Below the pieces are notes generated by a model. That model made no database searches. It saw nothing but the letters and a program-made list of their open reading frames with translations, and was not told the DNA's origin. Made by a program: the position numbers and the translations under genes. A stretch of 64,000 bases of DNA from Callorhinchus milii. Taxonomy: Eukaryota. How positions within the stretch are numbered: the first letter of the stretch is position 1; every line of letters starts with the position of its first letter. Positions 1-12,409 of this stretch are shown here, piece by piece. The DNA lies in assembly GCF_018977255.1 (NCBI RefSeq), contig NW_024704742.1, positions 106,270,001-106,334,000 of the forward strand. Reading direction: 5' to 3'.

Positions 1-3000
1 ATGCAAAGGCTGTATACAACATAGTGGCAAACATTCTACTGTGTATTTGTTTTACTTTGTATTGTTTGGTTTATGTAGGGAGTGAAAAATGTATCACTTC
101 ATAACAGATTCAGTGTGATACATCATGATCTGTTCTGACATGTTGTATTTTCAACCCATAGTTGTAGATAAAGCTATGATTATATTTTATTGCCTTAGCA
201 ATGCTCATCTGGCATTCTGACCACAAGACCCAATGGTAAGCTCCATCATGTTGTTGTCTCTTAGACAACGCGATTTGACTGTGTAATGCTGCATTATTAT
301 GTTATATCATCTTTTTCTTCTCTTAATAAAGAACCACAGTTGACTTCCATCGGATTAATAGTCAAAGATCAGTCAAGTGTAAGGCATTACCCTCATTAGC
401 ATAGTGATTAGTGTGTGCAACAAAAGCCACAATGTCAGGAGCTACCACCTTCTGAGCACAAACTGGTGTAGTTATCAGCAGTGAGAGTTTAGTTACACAA
501 ATCCCATGTCCCAAAGGGCTAACCTGATGTACTTCATCAGAGTTAAATTTCTAAGAAATTCAGATAATTGCTCTAAAGTGTTCAGAAATTGTTATTTTAA
601 CCTTTTATCACAACCTGAACCCAACAAAGACAGGCACATTTGCACCATGTCATTTGTAGTCAGGTGCAGATTGGCTGCTGACATTCACCTACAAAACACC
701 TCAAGTTTCAGGATCTGTAGGGAGTTACATGTGTCTTTTTATCCAGCATGTTTCTAATCCTAGTCCTTGCATTTGATATTGTATCTAAATTGTATTTTAT
801 TGCAAAGACCATGTGTTACTTAATTTTATACTGTGGCGTATTTTCGCATTGGATTATTTCTAAAATGGACACTGTTCTAAATTCTGAACTCAGAATTTAC
901 ATTGAGTACATGTGTCTCAATGATGAGAGTCTTAAACTATGTTCTCTCACATCAACATTTGATACCGGCTACTTCCTGTCTGTGGGCAAGAGGATTCTTG
1001 CAATTCTCTTGTGCGTTTCATGCCGAATTGTGCTGTTCACCAAGAGTCTCGGGGAGTTCCTTGTACCTGCTATCCATCTAGTGAGGACTCAGTACATACA
1101 TTCAGACAGAGAGAAAATCTCATGTGTCTCAAGTTTTACAAAATTCCTTTGAAACTTTGAAATGTTTTCCTATGGTGTATAACATTACTTTGATTCGTCA
1201 GCTTTTTAAATCTATGGAGTTAAATTAATAAGACAGTAAAATTCTCAAACTGTGACTAAAAAAAGTACTACAAATTAAAGACTGAAAGTACTGTGAAGTT
1301 AAATTTTTTCTGAGACAGATGTTGTATCTGTGGTGCTATTTCCTCTACGCCTCCAACTTTTGCTGTTAATATCACAATGTTTTTAAATATAAAAATGGTA
1401 TCAAAAAGCATAACACATAGGTCCTTGTTTCTTTTGCACTGATGTGAAAGAAGACTCAAAGCTCATGCAGGCAAGATATTTATCTGTTAACCAATGTTTT
1501 TTTTGAGCAGGCAATGAAGAGCTAGATTAATAGCTACAAACAGGACCAATTTACAGAGATTGCATGGAGTATGACTGTGGCTTTCAGGCTGTTCACTAAA
1601 AGTTAGTTTTTTGACTGAGGAGAGCACAGATTTTGTCCCTCTTTGGCAGATGAGTGTTAGGAACATCTGATTAAGAAAACGAGAACTGTAGTCTGATGTA
1701 GGGCCTAAAGTTTACAAAATAAAAACTGTCTTCCCCCAGGGTCAAAACATGGTGTGAGGCTCTCGAATGGGCCAAACCCTCAACGTGGAGGGGTGGTGCT
1801 GCCACCTGCTGGATTACACCATCATTCTGGTCTGCAAGAGATTATAGCCTTGTTTCACAGCAGTCCATAAGAAATGAGGACCCTTACATATCTATGCACT
1901 ATGCTTTTTGATACAATTTTTATATAAAGAGACGTTCAACTACTGATAACAAACATCGGTGGGTAATCCAGCAGGCATCAACAGGTATGTCTCAAAACAT
2001 ATTTCTTTGCTTCTGTACTATCCTTTGTATTTTTTAAAGTTGACGGAATCTGTCATTAACTCTCAAATAATCCTTCACATTGAAAACTCTGGACTAATCC
2101 ATGATCACCCTTATGCTATTTGCCAGGTAGCACTACTAGTCTTCTTGTGATGTAACAGACCTCTAGAATTGGGAGAAATTCCTCTTGGGCCTAGATTTAC
2201 TGGATTAATGAGCATGATAGAGCGTCCAGAATATGGCAAATATTAAATACAACTATAATTTTGAGACCAGTTTATTTTAAGAAACTACAGAAAACTGACT
2301 TCGAAATTGCGACTGTGTTCAAAAATTTGTCAAATACTGGCGTTTCCAAAGTTGTGCATAAATCAAGTCAATCTGGACCCCAAGTGGAATTTTTCCCCAG
2401 AATTTTACTGCTGATAGCTCTGGTCATCACTTTGGAACCTGGAAAGTTTTTGAGGAGATTTTGCATTGTTCACTTTCAAACAAACTATTTTCTTATGGTC
2501 TTCCACAAATAATACATATGTTCATTCTTATCTAATTTCTTCTCAAATAGCTCTGCAGTTGATGGTAATTCTTGAACTTTTTTTCCACTAAATCAGGGCT
2601 CATCTTTCTCTCTCTCTCTTGCTCTTGGTTTGTTCCTTTGATTCATCAATGACCTATTCACTAGCCTGACAAGCTCTCTCCATAGTAACAAAAGTTTCTG
2701 TTTGGCAGACAGTGGACCAGATGGGGTCTGAATAATGCCTTATATGCCAGTGTTATAATCTCTTTTAAAATGAAGGTGAGAGGTTTTAAAAGAAAATAAT
2801 GGATGGGGAAAGAGGTATGTTACTGACAGAAATAAGGGTTGATAAAATCACACTGAATCTTTAAGGGAAGCAGACAGATGGAGTTATGAACAGAATGTGG
2901 TTAGGTAAAACTGAATATCTGAGTGAGAAGGAATACCAAATAATTGTTTATCCACTGTAAGAAAGGAACACAAAGGAACACTATCTTGAAGTTTAATTTC

Positions 3001-3475
3001 CTGTTGCATTCATGCCAAGTAGTCATAATGGTGAAAGTGGATAAAATAAAGATGTGACAAATTTGCTACTGTGCTTGTTCAAAATCACTTTACCGACAAT
3101 TGCAAAAGGTTCAGAACTGTTGAGTTGGCAAAACAGAAGTTAGTGGGTTCATTGTTTCCTGCCCTTTGGTTTGAATGAATTTTCTATTGGCACTGATGGC
3201 ATAGTTTTGTTTACTGTTTTTACAGGTTATGACCAATTCTGTCAAACCAAGTCTTCAAGCCATGAACTAAAATTATCAGGTTAAATTTTCTTGCAGGCAC
3301 TAACTTGACATTTCTGCGACTTGCAGTAGTTTTGTGATTTTGACTTGATGTAAATGGTTCAAATACAAATTTTCACAAAATCTCCAAGTACCCTCAACAA
3401 GGTTATCAGAGCATTGAGGCAGACCAACAAGGATCATCCCTAAGCTTATGGCTCGAAATACTCCTCTCATGTTAG

Positions 3476-3652
3476 CCTGGAAGACCATTCAAGATTGTGC
3501 AGAACTGTAGAAAGTATTTTAATTCAGTATTAATTTGTAAGACTGTTTTCCCTAACTCTTGAAAAGAAACTGGCTTCCAAATTAAGATTTAATTTACGAA
3601 TTTTCCATAATTTTGTAAAATCTCAAATTTTAAGAAAGAATGGCCTTACAGG
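3476..3652. mobile_element. piggyBac-like MITE (fold-back element)
   Basis: Starts CCTGGAAGACCATTC and ends GAATGGCCTTACAGG, with long imperfect inverted arms. Flanked by TTAG on the left and TTAA on the right. Related copy at 39756-39941. Confidence 0.6.
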
Positions 3653-3754
3653 TTAATACTATGTAGTCTAGAAGTTAAAAGATTGTTTTTGTCCTCATTG
3701 GGTGGTGAATGTGTAGAACAGATTCTACAATCATGTAAAAAAGATCAATAGCAG

Positions 3755-4002
3755 TCTCAATAGCAAGGCCAATCCCAACACACATTCTGGGGCCCACAAG
3801 GCTTATTCCAAGCAGGGCCGAATGCTATGGAATTAAGTAAGCAGGGTGCATGTTTCCAGGGAGAGAGCAGGCATTATCTTTCGGACACAGGAAACTTTCC
3901 GTGTGTAGTTGGCACACAATATGTGGAACTCTGAATCTGGTTTGGATACTCTTAAGCATGGTGATAGATTTTTGTCTGGGTCAGGTGCCCGGCTGACCAA
4001 AA
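3755..4002 (+). repeat. Unassigned repeat family X, 5'-truncated copy
   Basis: Shares AAGCAGGGTG...CCAGGGAGAGAG...GGTTTGGATACTCTTAAGCATGGTGAT...CCCGGCTGACCAAA with the copies at 54680 and 62500 and the reverse copies at 28850 and 40485. Confidence 0.75.
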
Positions 4003-4519
4003 GGAAAGCAAAATGTCTAATAGATCATATCTGTTTGGTAGGGTGGACTTTAAGGATCATATGATACAAGTCAAAAAGAGAAGAGAGTTTGCCCCAGTTT
4101 TGAGTCAATCAAATGCAATGCAAATGTAAGCTCTTTAAGTTATATGTATCCTTTTAATCGCAATCAGATTGAGTAAATTCCTGTTGTAGGGAATAGTGGT
4201 TACAGTTTTTTGTCTATTTAACCTGTTCACTCTATTGCCCTAATCCAAGAATTCCAGGGGGAGAAGCACCTTAACCAGATTGAATTGCTCTCTGCAATAA
4301 CTACAGATTCTTGGGGTAAAATTCCTGGGAGAGTTATATTTAGTGCCTTTGGTGATGCATGATTTTAATGGGAAATCCTATCAGCAGATGACATCGCCAA
4401 TCCTCACTGGAATGTTTCCCATCTGCATGATATTTCTTATCATTGTTTGGGTTCACTTTGCAGCATTCCTGAGACTTTCAGTATGATCTTGTTATATATT
4501 ACTTGAATCTGGTGTGTGT

Positions 4520-4975
4520 CCACAAGGTGTACATTCTCAGATCTTTCAACCACTTTGCCAGTGATCACATTGCAGCTTGCTCTACAATCTCCCTCAAGTG
4601 CAAGTCTCTAATGCCACATGTAATCCTATCATGATTCAAAGAGTTTTGCAATTTCTCAAAATGGAAGGTAGCTGCAAAGGCTTTCAATTTAGACACATAC
4701 ATCTCCAGTTCCTGTTCCATCGCTTTGATGCAGCTAAAAAATTTATAACGTTTAACCATCTCATTTTTCTTAGGTTTGTAGAACTCTTCAAACTCTTGCA
4801 TTACCTCTCCAAAAAGTGTAATCTTCTGGTTTCTGGCAAAATGCTTAGAGCTGCACAATTCTCTGTTGCTTGTGCCTACTAAGTACAAAATTATTCTAAC
4901 CTTGGTCATTCAATGCACATTCCATATATAACTGCAGTTCATCTTTCAAGGAATGTGGTCCGTATTATTTTCCCT
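4520..4975 (-). mobile_element. Decayed Ty3/Gypsy LTR retrotransposon gag fragment
   Basis: ORF 4565..4909(-) reads KVRIILYLVG...FEEFYKPKKNEMVKRYKFF...YVSKLKAFAATFHF...DRITCGIRDLHLRE, which follows the Gypsy gag pattern RxxF...YxxxLxxLAxxCxF...RDRIVCGIxD. No pol or LTR is visible nearby. Confidence 0.8.
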
Positions 4976-5314
4976 TATTTCCTGCAGTTTGGGATATTTT
5001 AGTTGTTCTATACTTGTAGCACCTAGACTTTCTATGTACTTCATTTTAAAAAAAATCAAATCGGCAGAGTTTAATAGTAGTAACCTTGGATTCAGAAGCA
5101 ACAGAAATTATTCTAGCTTCAAAGTAACACTGTTTATTTCCTTCAATTCACTTTAAGATGCCCCCATGACTCACAATTTAACTTTATTTTGAATTTTCTT
5201 TTCTCTGACTGCCGAATTGCTGCATTTCTTCCTTTTTGTGTGATGAAGTAGAAGTCAGAATTTATTTTGAAGAAGCCACATCACATTTGCAAGAACGAGG
5301 CACAACATGAGGAC

Positions 5315-5465
5315 TTAAGAATAATCCTTGTATTTGATATAGCACCTTATCATGTCATTGGGACTGCTCAAAGCACTTCGCAGGATAGGCTGTAAAGTGC
5401 AATGACTGTCTATTATGCATGCAAATGCAGCAGCCAATTTGCACACAGCAATATCCCCAGCTTCC
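5315..5465 (-). mobile_element. SINE 3' half with L2-type tail
   Basis: Reverse complement of GCTGTGTGCAAATTGGCTGC...GCTATATCAAATACAAGGATTATT. Confidence 0.7.
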
Positions 5466-5657
5466 AAGATGGCTGGTGCCTGATATCGATTCTGATGATT
5501 ACTCAGTTCATACACTAGAGAGTGCTGGGAGTGTATGGGGGGTGCGGTCTAAACATGTGCAGGTTGGTAGGACTAATGGAGGTATTGTTAGGTAAAACTA
5601 GTGCTCAGTCTAAGAAAAAGTGTTCTCAAAGTTATTAACTGACAATCAGTAGGAGAC

Positions 5658-5704
5658 CTTTGGAGACCAGAATAGATGACTTCCATCTATTCTGGTCTCC
5701 AAAG
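5658..5704. repeat. Perfect 21-bp inverted repeat with 5-nt loop
   Basis: CTTTGGAGACCAGAATAGATG (5658-5678), ACTTC, CATCTATTCTGGTCTCCAAAG (5684-5704). Confidence 0.97.
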
Positions 5705-5742
5705 ATTTGCTTTGGTTTCATACTGAAACAGTTAAATTAACA

Positions 5743-5805
5743 GTTAAGCGCTCCGAGACCCTACCCTGCATGAAGGGTACTGTATAAATGCAAGTTGTTA
5801 TTGTT
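5743..5805 (+). mobile_element. Isolated L2 3' tail (type B)
   Basis: GCGCTCCGAGACCCTACCCTGCATGAAGGGTACTGTATAAATGCAAGTTGTTATTGTT; same tail ends the L2 bodies at ~13066, ~26238 and ~36195. Confidence 0.75.
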
Positions 5806-6204
5806 AGCCATCAAAACAATGGTCTTCCGAGATAAAGCAATGGTTGTTCCGAGATCTGGAAACACAGATCTAAATTGGCATCCAGCCCGAATGTTACTGT
5901 CAATGATGGATCATATCCAGGGCGAGTGCACATCCTCGATGAAGGTTGTTGAAAAGCAATTGCAAAAAGATGGAGATATCTTCCACCGACAAAAATCAGA
6001 CATGGAAAAGTAGCTGAGGGAGGATGAGCAGGTTTGAGTTGTCAATTCTACCATTATGTAATACAATACAAATCTAGATTCATATACTGCCTTTTACATT
6101 GGGAGGAAGTCCCAAGACGTTGAACAGTCCAGAGTTTGCAGTTAATGTGAACCTCACTGCTGGAAGCTGTGATTGAAGAAATAGGTAGCAACATATTTAA
6201 GAGG

Positions 6205-6445
6205 AAATTGCGCACAAACAGTCATGGATTGAAGTAGCCAATTTATTATTATTATTTTTTTGAAGGTATTATTACCCCCAGAAAAGTGGTCTGTCAATTG
6301 ACTAACAACCGGGTTCCTACTTACTGCTAAGTAAACCGAGGCATGTGGAGTAAAGAAACTTACCCAACATTTTGCCCTGCTGGGAATTGAATCCAGGTCT
6401 CTCGCTTGTGAGGCAAATTCTCTTACCACTAAGCTACAGGACTCC
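6205..6445 (-). mobile_element. tRNA-derived SINE, long form, 5' part
   Basis: Reverse complement GGAGTCCTGTAGCTTAGTGGTAAGAG...CCTGGATTCAATTCCCAGCAGGG...GTTTACTTAGCAGTAAGTAGG. Confidence 0.85.
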
Positions 6446-6449
6446 ATGA

Positions 6450-6726
6450 TTGAAAACATGGTCAAAGAGGAAGGTCTTGAGGTGGACCCTGAAGGAGGTG
6501 AAGGAAGGGACAAGTCGGGGGGATGGTGTACCAGCGTCTGTGGGCAGATCCATTGAAAGCCCGACCCCCAATGGTGGGGTGGGGGTGTGAAGCAGGTCAG
6601 TGATTGCTGAGTGACTGGGTTGGTAGGGTTGGATGGTCGCAGAAGTAATGGAGGCACGCCCATGGAGACATTTAACATTGAGGAATAGGATCTTGAATTC
6701 TATCTGCTGGGGGATGGGAGCTAGTT
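6450..6726 (-). mobile_element. L2 LINE 3' fragment
   Basis: Reverse strand aligns by eye to the L2 at 60320-61134 (CTCCCATCCCCCAG...TTCAAGATCCT...AAGACCTTCCTCTTTGACC). Confidence 0.75.
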
Positions 6727-8799
6727 ATATGGAATCTTATATAAGGATATATTGTTGTTGGCCCATTCACAAGCACAAACTGTTGCTAGGCAATATCTAT
6801 AATCTCAGCCTAGAATAAATATCTGTTTAAATACAATCCTTGCTCATAAATTCCAGTTATCTTTGTTGAGACGTGTGACTGAGTATTAAGCTTCTAACCT
6901 CCTCCAGTTTTGGCACAATGATTAGGTGTGAAGACCTCCATGCTCCCAATCACAATGAACCTATTTGAACACGTAAAAGACATGATTTGAATAAGTCGAT
7001 ATTCTGTATTCTTACAACAACAACTTAGATTTATTTACCATCTTTCACCAGAAATAAATGTCTCAAAGCATTTTAAGAAATAAAATTGGGGAGAAAAAAT
7101 AAGTGACTGTTATATAGGTAAAGCAGGAGTTGGATGCTACCTCTGGATTCATAAAAAGTAATGTCATGGCACAGGGGTGTCTCTGAAGAAGCAGTTGACA
7201 TCTATCAGGTTTAAACAATTTAAATTTATTTGGCCCAATAGACAAATAGACAGTCAGCTCCTTGGTCAGCTTCTCTCCAAACTCTTGGTTCCTGTGCATG
7301 GGAATATCTCTTATACAGACTTTAGCCCCCTCCCAAGGATTAGTGACAGACTTATTTCTACAAGGGAGCCTGGATTATTTAATTGAGAGAATGCTGCTCC
7401 AGTCTATTGGAAGCTATTGTGCTGGAGATAGACCTTTATCTTTCCCGTAATCCACTTGCAAACAATAGGGTTTTACAGCTGTTGCTCATCACTGGCTCCA
7501 ACCCTTGTCCATGAGAGCTTGATTCTGCTCCCAGATTTACCAGCTTCTCTTCACCCCACTCTGAGGCTAGGGATTTAATGGTAATACTTCTTGTACTGTT
7601 TTACTGGCAGTTTCTCATCACGGCTCAGGAAATCTGTAACAGACCGAGTGTATTTTTCCTCAAAGTATTTTATTTGAAAATGAAGCATTAGGGAAGCCTA
7701 CAATATACAGTGGAGTCTAATATGTGGAATGGATTAACAATCCATGTGTGAAGCTTGCAGTTTGGGTTAGCCAAGTGAAAATACACATGTACAGAGGGAT
7801 TCATGGGTGCTTTTGAATATATAAGTAACAACCAATGAAAATACTTTACAGGTAATTCGGGAATATTTTTCCAATGGTTGTTAATCACATAATTAAGGTC
7901 ACCTGTATGCATTTGCACATGGTTAACCCAAAATGCATACTAGACCCCAGGGTATAACAACATCAACAAGGTTCATTTTTATTTGCGATTCAATTTTTTT
8001 AAAGCACAGCAGCATTTAATATGGAAACTTTTTAAAAAAATTCTTAGATAGTACACAGTCCACAACCAAATATTTACTAAGATCCACATGTATATAATTC
8101 AGCCATGAATTATATCCATATACCTATAATTCAGCCATCCAAGAATCTATTACTAAATATAACCATGGTGATGATAAGGAGAAGGAGGTGACTTTGAAAA
8201 TTCATAGAAGGAACCAATAGATTTCCAATTGATTTTTCTCACATCAGAAGAAATCCAACATCCAAGGGGCATAATATAGCCTTGGAGGAGAAAGGCAGGA
8301 CATCACCTCATTTGCAGGGTCCTTTCTAGGGTCACTTCAAAACGGAAAGCACATCCATCAGGAAGCCTATGAAAACATGAAGTACACATCAGTCATGAAA
8401 GTAAGCTGCTGTCCCTTCAATAACCCTTTATCTCACACCATAGGAACAAGTGGTAAGACAGCAAAATTGGATACTGCACAGATATCTATTCCTTAAAACA
8501 ACAGTTGCCTGAATTGTATTATCAATTTATGTTATACTGGGATGAAAATTGTGATGTGTTAATTATGATCAGTGATAACTATGCAGTAACCGAGGCCAGT
8601 CGGTATGTAAAGATTGGTTGTGAATGTGTCTCTCCCCCATATTCTGTCACAAAGGTTGGGCTTGAAGCCACCATTGGACCTTCTACAGGTAAGGTCCTCA
8701 TTCTGATTTTATTATGAGGTATGCCACTAATTCTGCTAACCAGCATTCCAATATTGGCAAGTACTCCAGTACTCCAGGACTGTAATACTACAGTACTAA

Positions 8800-9070
8800 T
8801 AACCAACTGCCTGTTCAGGTGGATGTTAAAGATCCTATGGTACTATTCAAAAAGAGGACAAAAGAAAGCACAAAGATCATCCCATGTCATTGGACTTTTA
8901 TCATCCACCTGAACAGAACTTTAATATCTCATCTGAATGGCAGCACCTCTGACAATGCAGCATTCCCTAACATTGCACTGAAGTGTCAAGCTCATCCATG
9001 AGGTCAAAGTTGGGCTCGAAAAATCTTCAGATTCAGAGGCAACAATGTAACTAACTGAGGCTGCCGATAG
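8800..9070. mobile_element. Two Deu-core SINE fragments in inverted orientation
   Basis: CTGCCTGTTCAGGTGGATGTTAAAGATCCTATGG on + (~8807-8840), followed by ATCCACCTGAACAG...CTCATCTGAATGGCAGCACCTCTGACAATGCAGCA on - (~8900-9065). Confidence 0.65.
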
Positions 9071-9309
9071 CTGTTCCTGACACATGTGACACACAAATGA
9101 TCTCATATCTAATGCAGAACAAATTTAATACAGAATAAAGGCCCGTCATAAACTGATTATACAATAGAGACCCTGATATCTGCATTGATTCTATTACTGC
9201 TCCTCCAAGATCTACCCACTCTGGCAAATCAGAGTGCAGTGAGCAGTGAGTAAATTTCAAATTGAGCAGTGAATCTTCTGCATTTATTATAGTCATTGTT
9301 GCTCCTTTT

Positions 9310-9630
9310 ATTCCTTTACCTCACCAATGATCTTGATCCTGACTATTGAATTCTCCTCCATCATCTCACAATGATTTATTTACATGACACTATCCTCTCA
9401 TGATTCTATTGCTATCAGTTTCATGGTCATCATTATGTCTCATGATCACCTCATCACCTTCAATGCATTCCAGGACTCTTCCCGATTCACTTCTTTGCCT
9501 CATCTGCGTGCTGATCTTGGTAACATCTTCCACAGATATAGGGCAAGCTTCAATATGTGGCTGAAAAAGCCCATTCTCCCCGCTTTACCCCCTCTCCTGA
9601 TTCCAGGACTATTGTTGTTCTGACTTCCTA
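9310..9630 (+). mobile_element. Highly decayed L2 reverse-transcriptase core fragment
   Basis: Frameshifted remnants resemble DHxILLxxL...PQGS...LGNIFHRYRASFNM, the region just before YADD. Confidence 0.5.
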
Positions 9631-9899
9631 TTCAATGTCAAGTTCTGTTTGAGTTGTAGCTTTATCCAGCCTAATGTCGGCAAGAGCCATTGTTTTGGGT
9701 GTCAATACCTCCTACTTGACTCTTGTTTCAATTTCCTTAACTTTCTTGTTTGGTCATTCTATCACAGACATCAGATCTCCTTTAAGCTATTTCTCTAATT
9801 TCATTTCATATTGGGATTAGAACCCTGAAGGATAAGCATGTGAAATATTCTATGAACAAAAAATGGGCATACCTGCCTCTTTTTGAAACTTACGTTAAC

Positions 9900-10200
9900 C
9901 GTTTTATCTTCCCAATCATATCACTTGGTCTTTTTTCTTTCCAGAAGCACATTTAGTTCCTTCCCAAACCTACTGAACTGTCTTCTTCGATGACGTTCTC
10001 TGGCAATGTATTTCGAAATCTGGTGCTATTTGTATATAAAATAAACTTTTCCTTGTCTTTCCTCTTTACTCTAAATATACTTATATTTTGTGTTTTGTGG
10101 TATTTGACGTCTTTGCTGTACTGAACAACTTCAACCCAGTAAAGCATAGTTCTTAGTTTGTGCAATATCCTATCACATGTCATGCTCTTTTATCCTCTGA
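9900..10200 (-). mobile_element. CR1 LINE 3' fragment
   Basis: ORF 9953..10183(-) has remnants FRNTLPENVIEEDSSVG, compared with the CR1 C-terminus WNxLPxxVVEAxS. Confidence 0.6.
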
Positions 10201-10747
10201 ATCCAGGTGTTAGTCAATAATATTCATGCAGAAGGTGTCTTGACTTTCGCCACTTGAAAAAGTGAATTATTTCTTTGTGCCACAATTTTGGAGTTTCAAA
10301 CATAGCTTAAGTGACACTTTGGAACAGAACCAGCAAAGTGCAGCAATGCCTACATTCTGGGATCACAAATGCTGCATTCATTGTCTAGGATTTGCTAAAT
10401 AATAACTTCTGCTGGTCATCTGAAGTGTATCACTTTGAATCCATTTTTTTTCCCACAGGAATTCGCTCTGAAATAATCTATTTCTAGAGTGGAGTGAGAT
10501 CCTGCAGGCTGGTTGGTTGCAGGACTTGATCTTTCTGACTCTATTTCAGTTTATTGAAGCCACATAGCAAATACTGCATTCAATCCCTATGCATGTGCAG
10601 ACCACAACAATTGAGTTTTTTTAAAAGTTATTAAGGAGTCAGTCAGTCACACATTTGGCTCTTTAATAACATTGTAAAATGGGAGACTGCCAGCAGACTG
10701 CCCAGAGCTTTCAATAGAGCATTGGGGATCGAGCTTTGACTATATTT

Positions 10748-11090
10748 TGTAGCTCAGTGGTTAGAGCACTTGCCTCGCAAGCGAGAAACCTGGGTTTTCC
10801 TCCCGGCAGGACGAAATGTTGGGCAAGTTTCCTTACTCCACACGCCTCTGTTTACCTAGCAGTAAATAGGATTGGCTGATCACTTTCCAGAGATAATAAT
10901 CCCTCAAGAAAAAAACAATAATAATTTGGTCACTTAATCCATGACTGGGACAGTGCTGTGCGCACTTGGCTGCTATGTTTCGCCCACAAATATACAGTCA
11001 ATTCACTTGCAGTATATTCTGTGATGTTCTTTGAGACGTCTAGAAGACGTGAAAAGCATTATACCAAATGCAAGGATTTTTATTATTATA
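10748..11090 (+). mobile_element. tRNA(Ala)-derived SINE, long form, near full length
   Basis: A-box TAGCTCAGTGG, anticodon-like arm CTTGCCTCGCAAGCGAG, central CTGTTTACCTAGCAGTAAATAGG, tail CAAATGCAAGGAT(TTA)n. Confidence 0.92.
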
Positions 11091-11306
11091 TCCCATGGTT
11101 ATGTTGTGAATCATATTGCTCTTAAAGCCATCTTCTCTAGGTGGTATCAGGTTTGACTAGTATATCCCCACTTGTACTAAATGATTTGCCACCATATGAA
11201 CTATATTTAGGGAAGTTTGTTAAAATTATATTACTGAGATATCTTACTCATAGGGTTCAGGACACAAACTCGCACTTGGCTGTAAGGTAGAGCAATATAA
11301 TATAAC

Positions 11307-11735
11307 TAATAATCTTTGCTTTTGATATAGCATTGTGTTAGGTCAAAACATCTCACACACCGAACAGAAATTTTCTATTAAGTGTTGTGGCAGCGTGTTT
11401 GTAGGCAAACATGTCAGCCAATTTGTAACAGCAATGTCCCACAAACAGGCATGAAGTGAATGACTAATTTTATCCAGGGGATTGTTGGTCAACACACCAG
11501 CAGAAACTCCTTTCTCTTTTTGAATTGTGCCAATGATACATCAATTAAATTCCATCCAAATTGACAGACTGAACCTCAGTTTTACATCTCATCCAAAGGA
11601 TGATGCCTCCAACAAAGCACTTCCCTACCCTCCATTGTATTGCACTAGGCTGTGAGCTTAAACTTCCGACGTGGGGCTTGAAACGACAATATTGATAACA
11701 GATGCAGGAGTACGACAACTAAGTCAAACTGACAC
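11307..11735 (-). mobile_element. Old Deu-core SINE (SacSINE1/AmnSINE1-like)
   Basis: Reverse complement GTGTCAGTTTGACTTAGTTG...TTCAAGCCCCAC...TTTGGATGAGATGTAAAACTGAGGTTCAGTCTG...GGTGTGTTGACCAACAATCC, then a SINE tail. Confidence 0.75.
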
Positions 11736-12409
11736 TTATATAATATATAAATACAGCTCACGATTATTGTCTAACAATGTTTTCATCTCCGAGATCTAAA
11801 TATATTGTTCCAGGATTCTCCTGCTCAGGAGAGTTAGCATTCCTACTGATTATATTTACATAAAGATTTCCAATAAGGCACATTTCCAAATTTCAGTATG
11901 TGTTCATCAAAATTCTCACTTTTGGGCGAACAGGTATGGAGCACTTTGGAACGACGGTGCTACCACCACCACCAGATAAGAGAGAGAGACCCCATTTGGA
12001 ATTTACTGTAGTTTGTTTGTTTTATGTATTGCACATCTGAACTTTGTATGATTGATGGGGGAGCTCTTTAACAGTCTGTACACCTCTGTATGGTGTAATA
12101 TCCCCCTATAACAAGTAGCACTCCTCTTTGTGGGGTACTTATTTAAGAGAAAATTGACAATTAACAAAAGGGCCAGTAAGAAGGGCAGGAATTACAAAAG
12201 GACACCGAGAGTGGGATAAAGTGTGTGGTTTACAGTAGTAGATTTTTTTGGTGGATCATTGAGTGTTTGGATTGACAAATAAAGACGTTTACTAACACAC
12301 ACTTGATTTGGATTGAGTGATATTACACACTTCACAATTTGCCATGATCCCATGCAATGTACAACACAAAACAAAATTACATTTTAACGTCGGGAGGACG
12401 TCCATGTAT

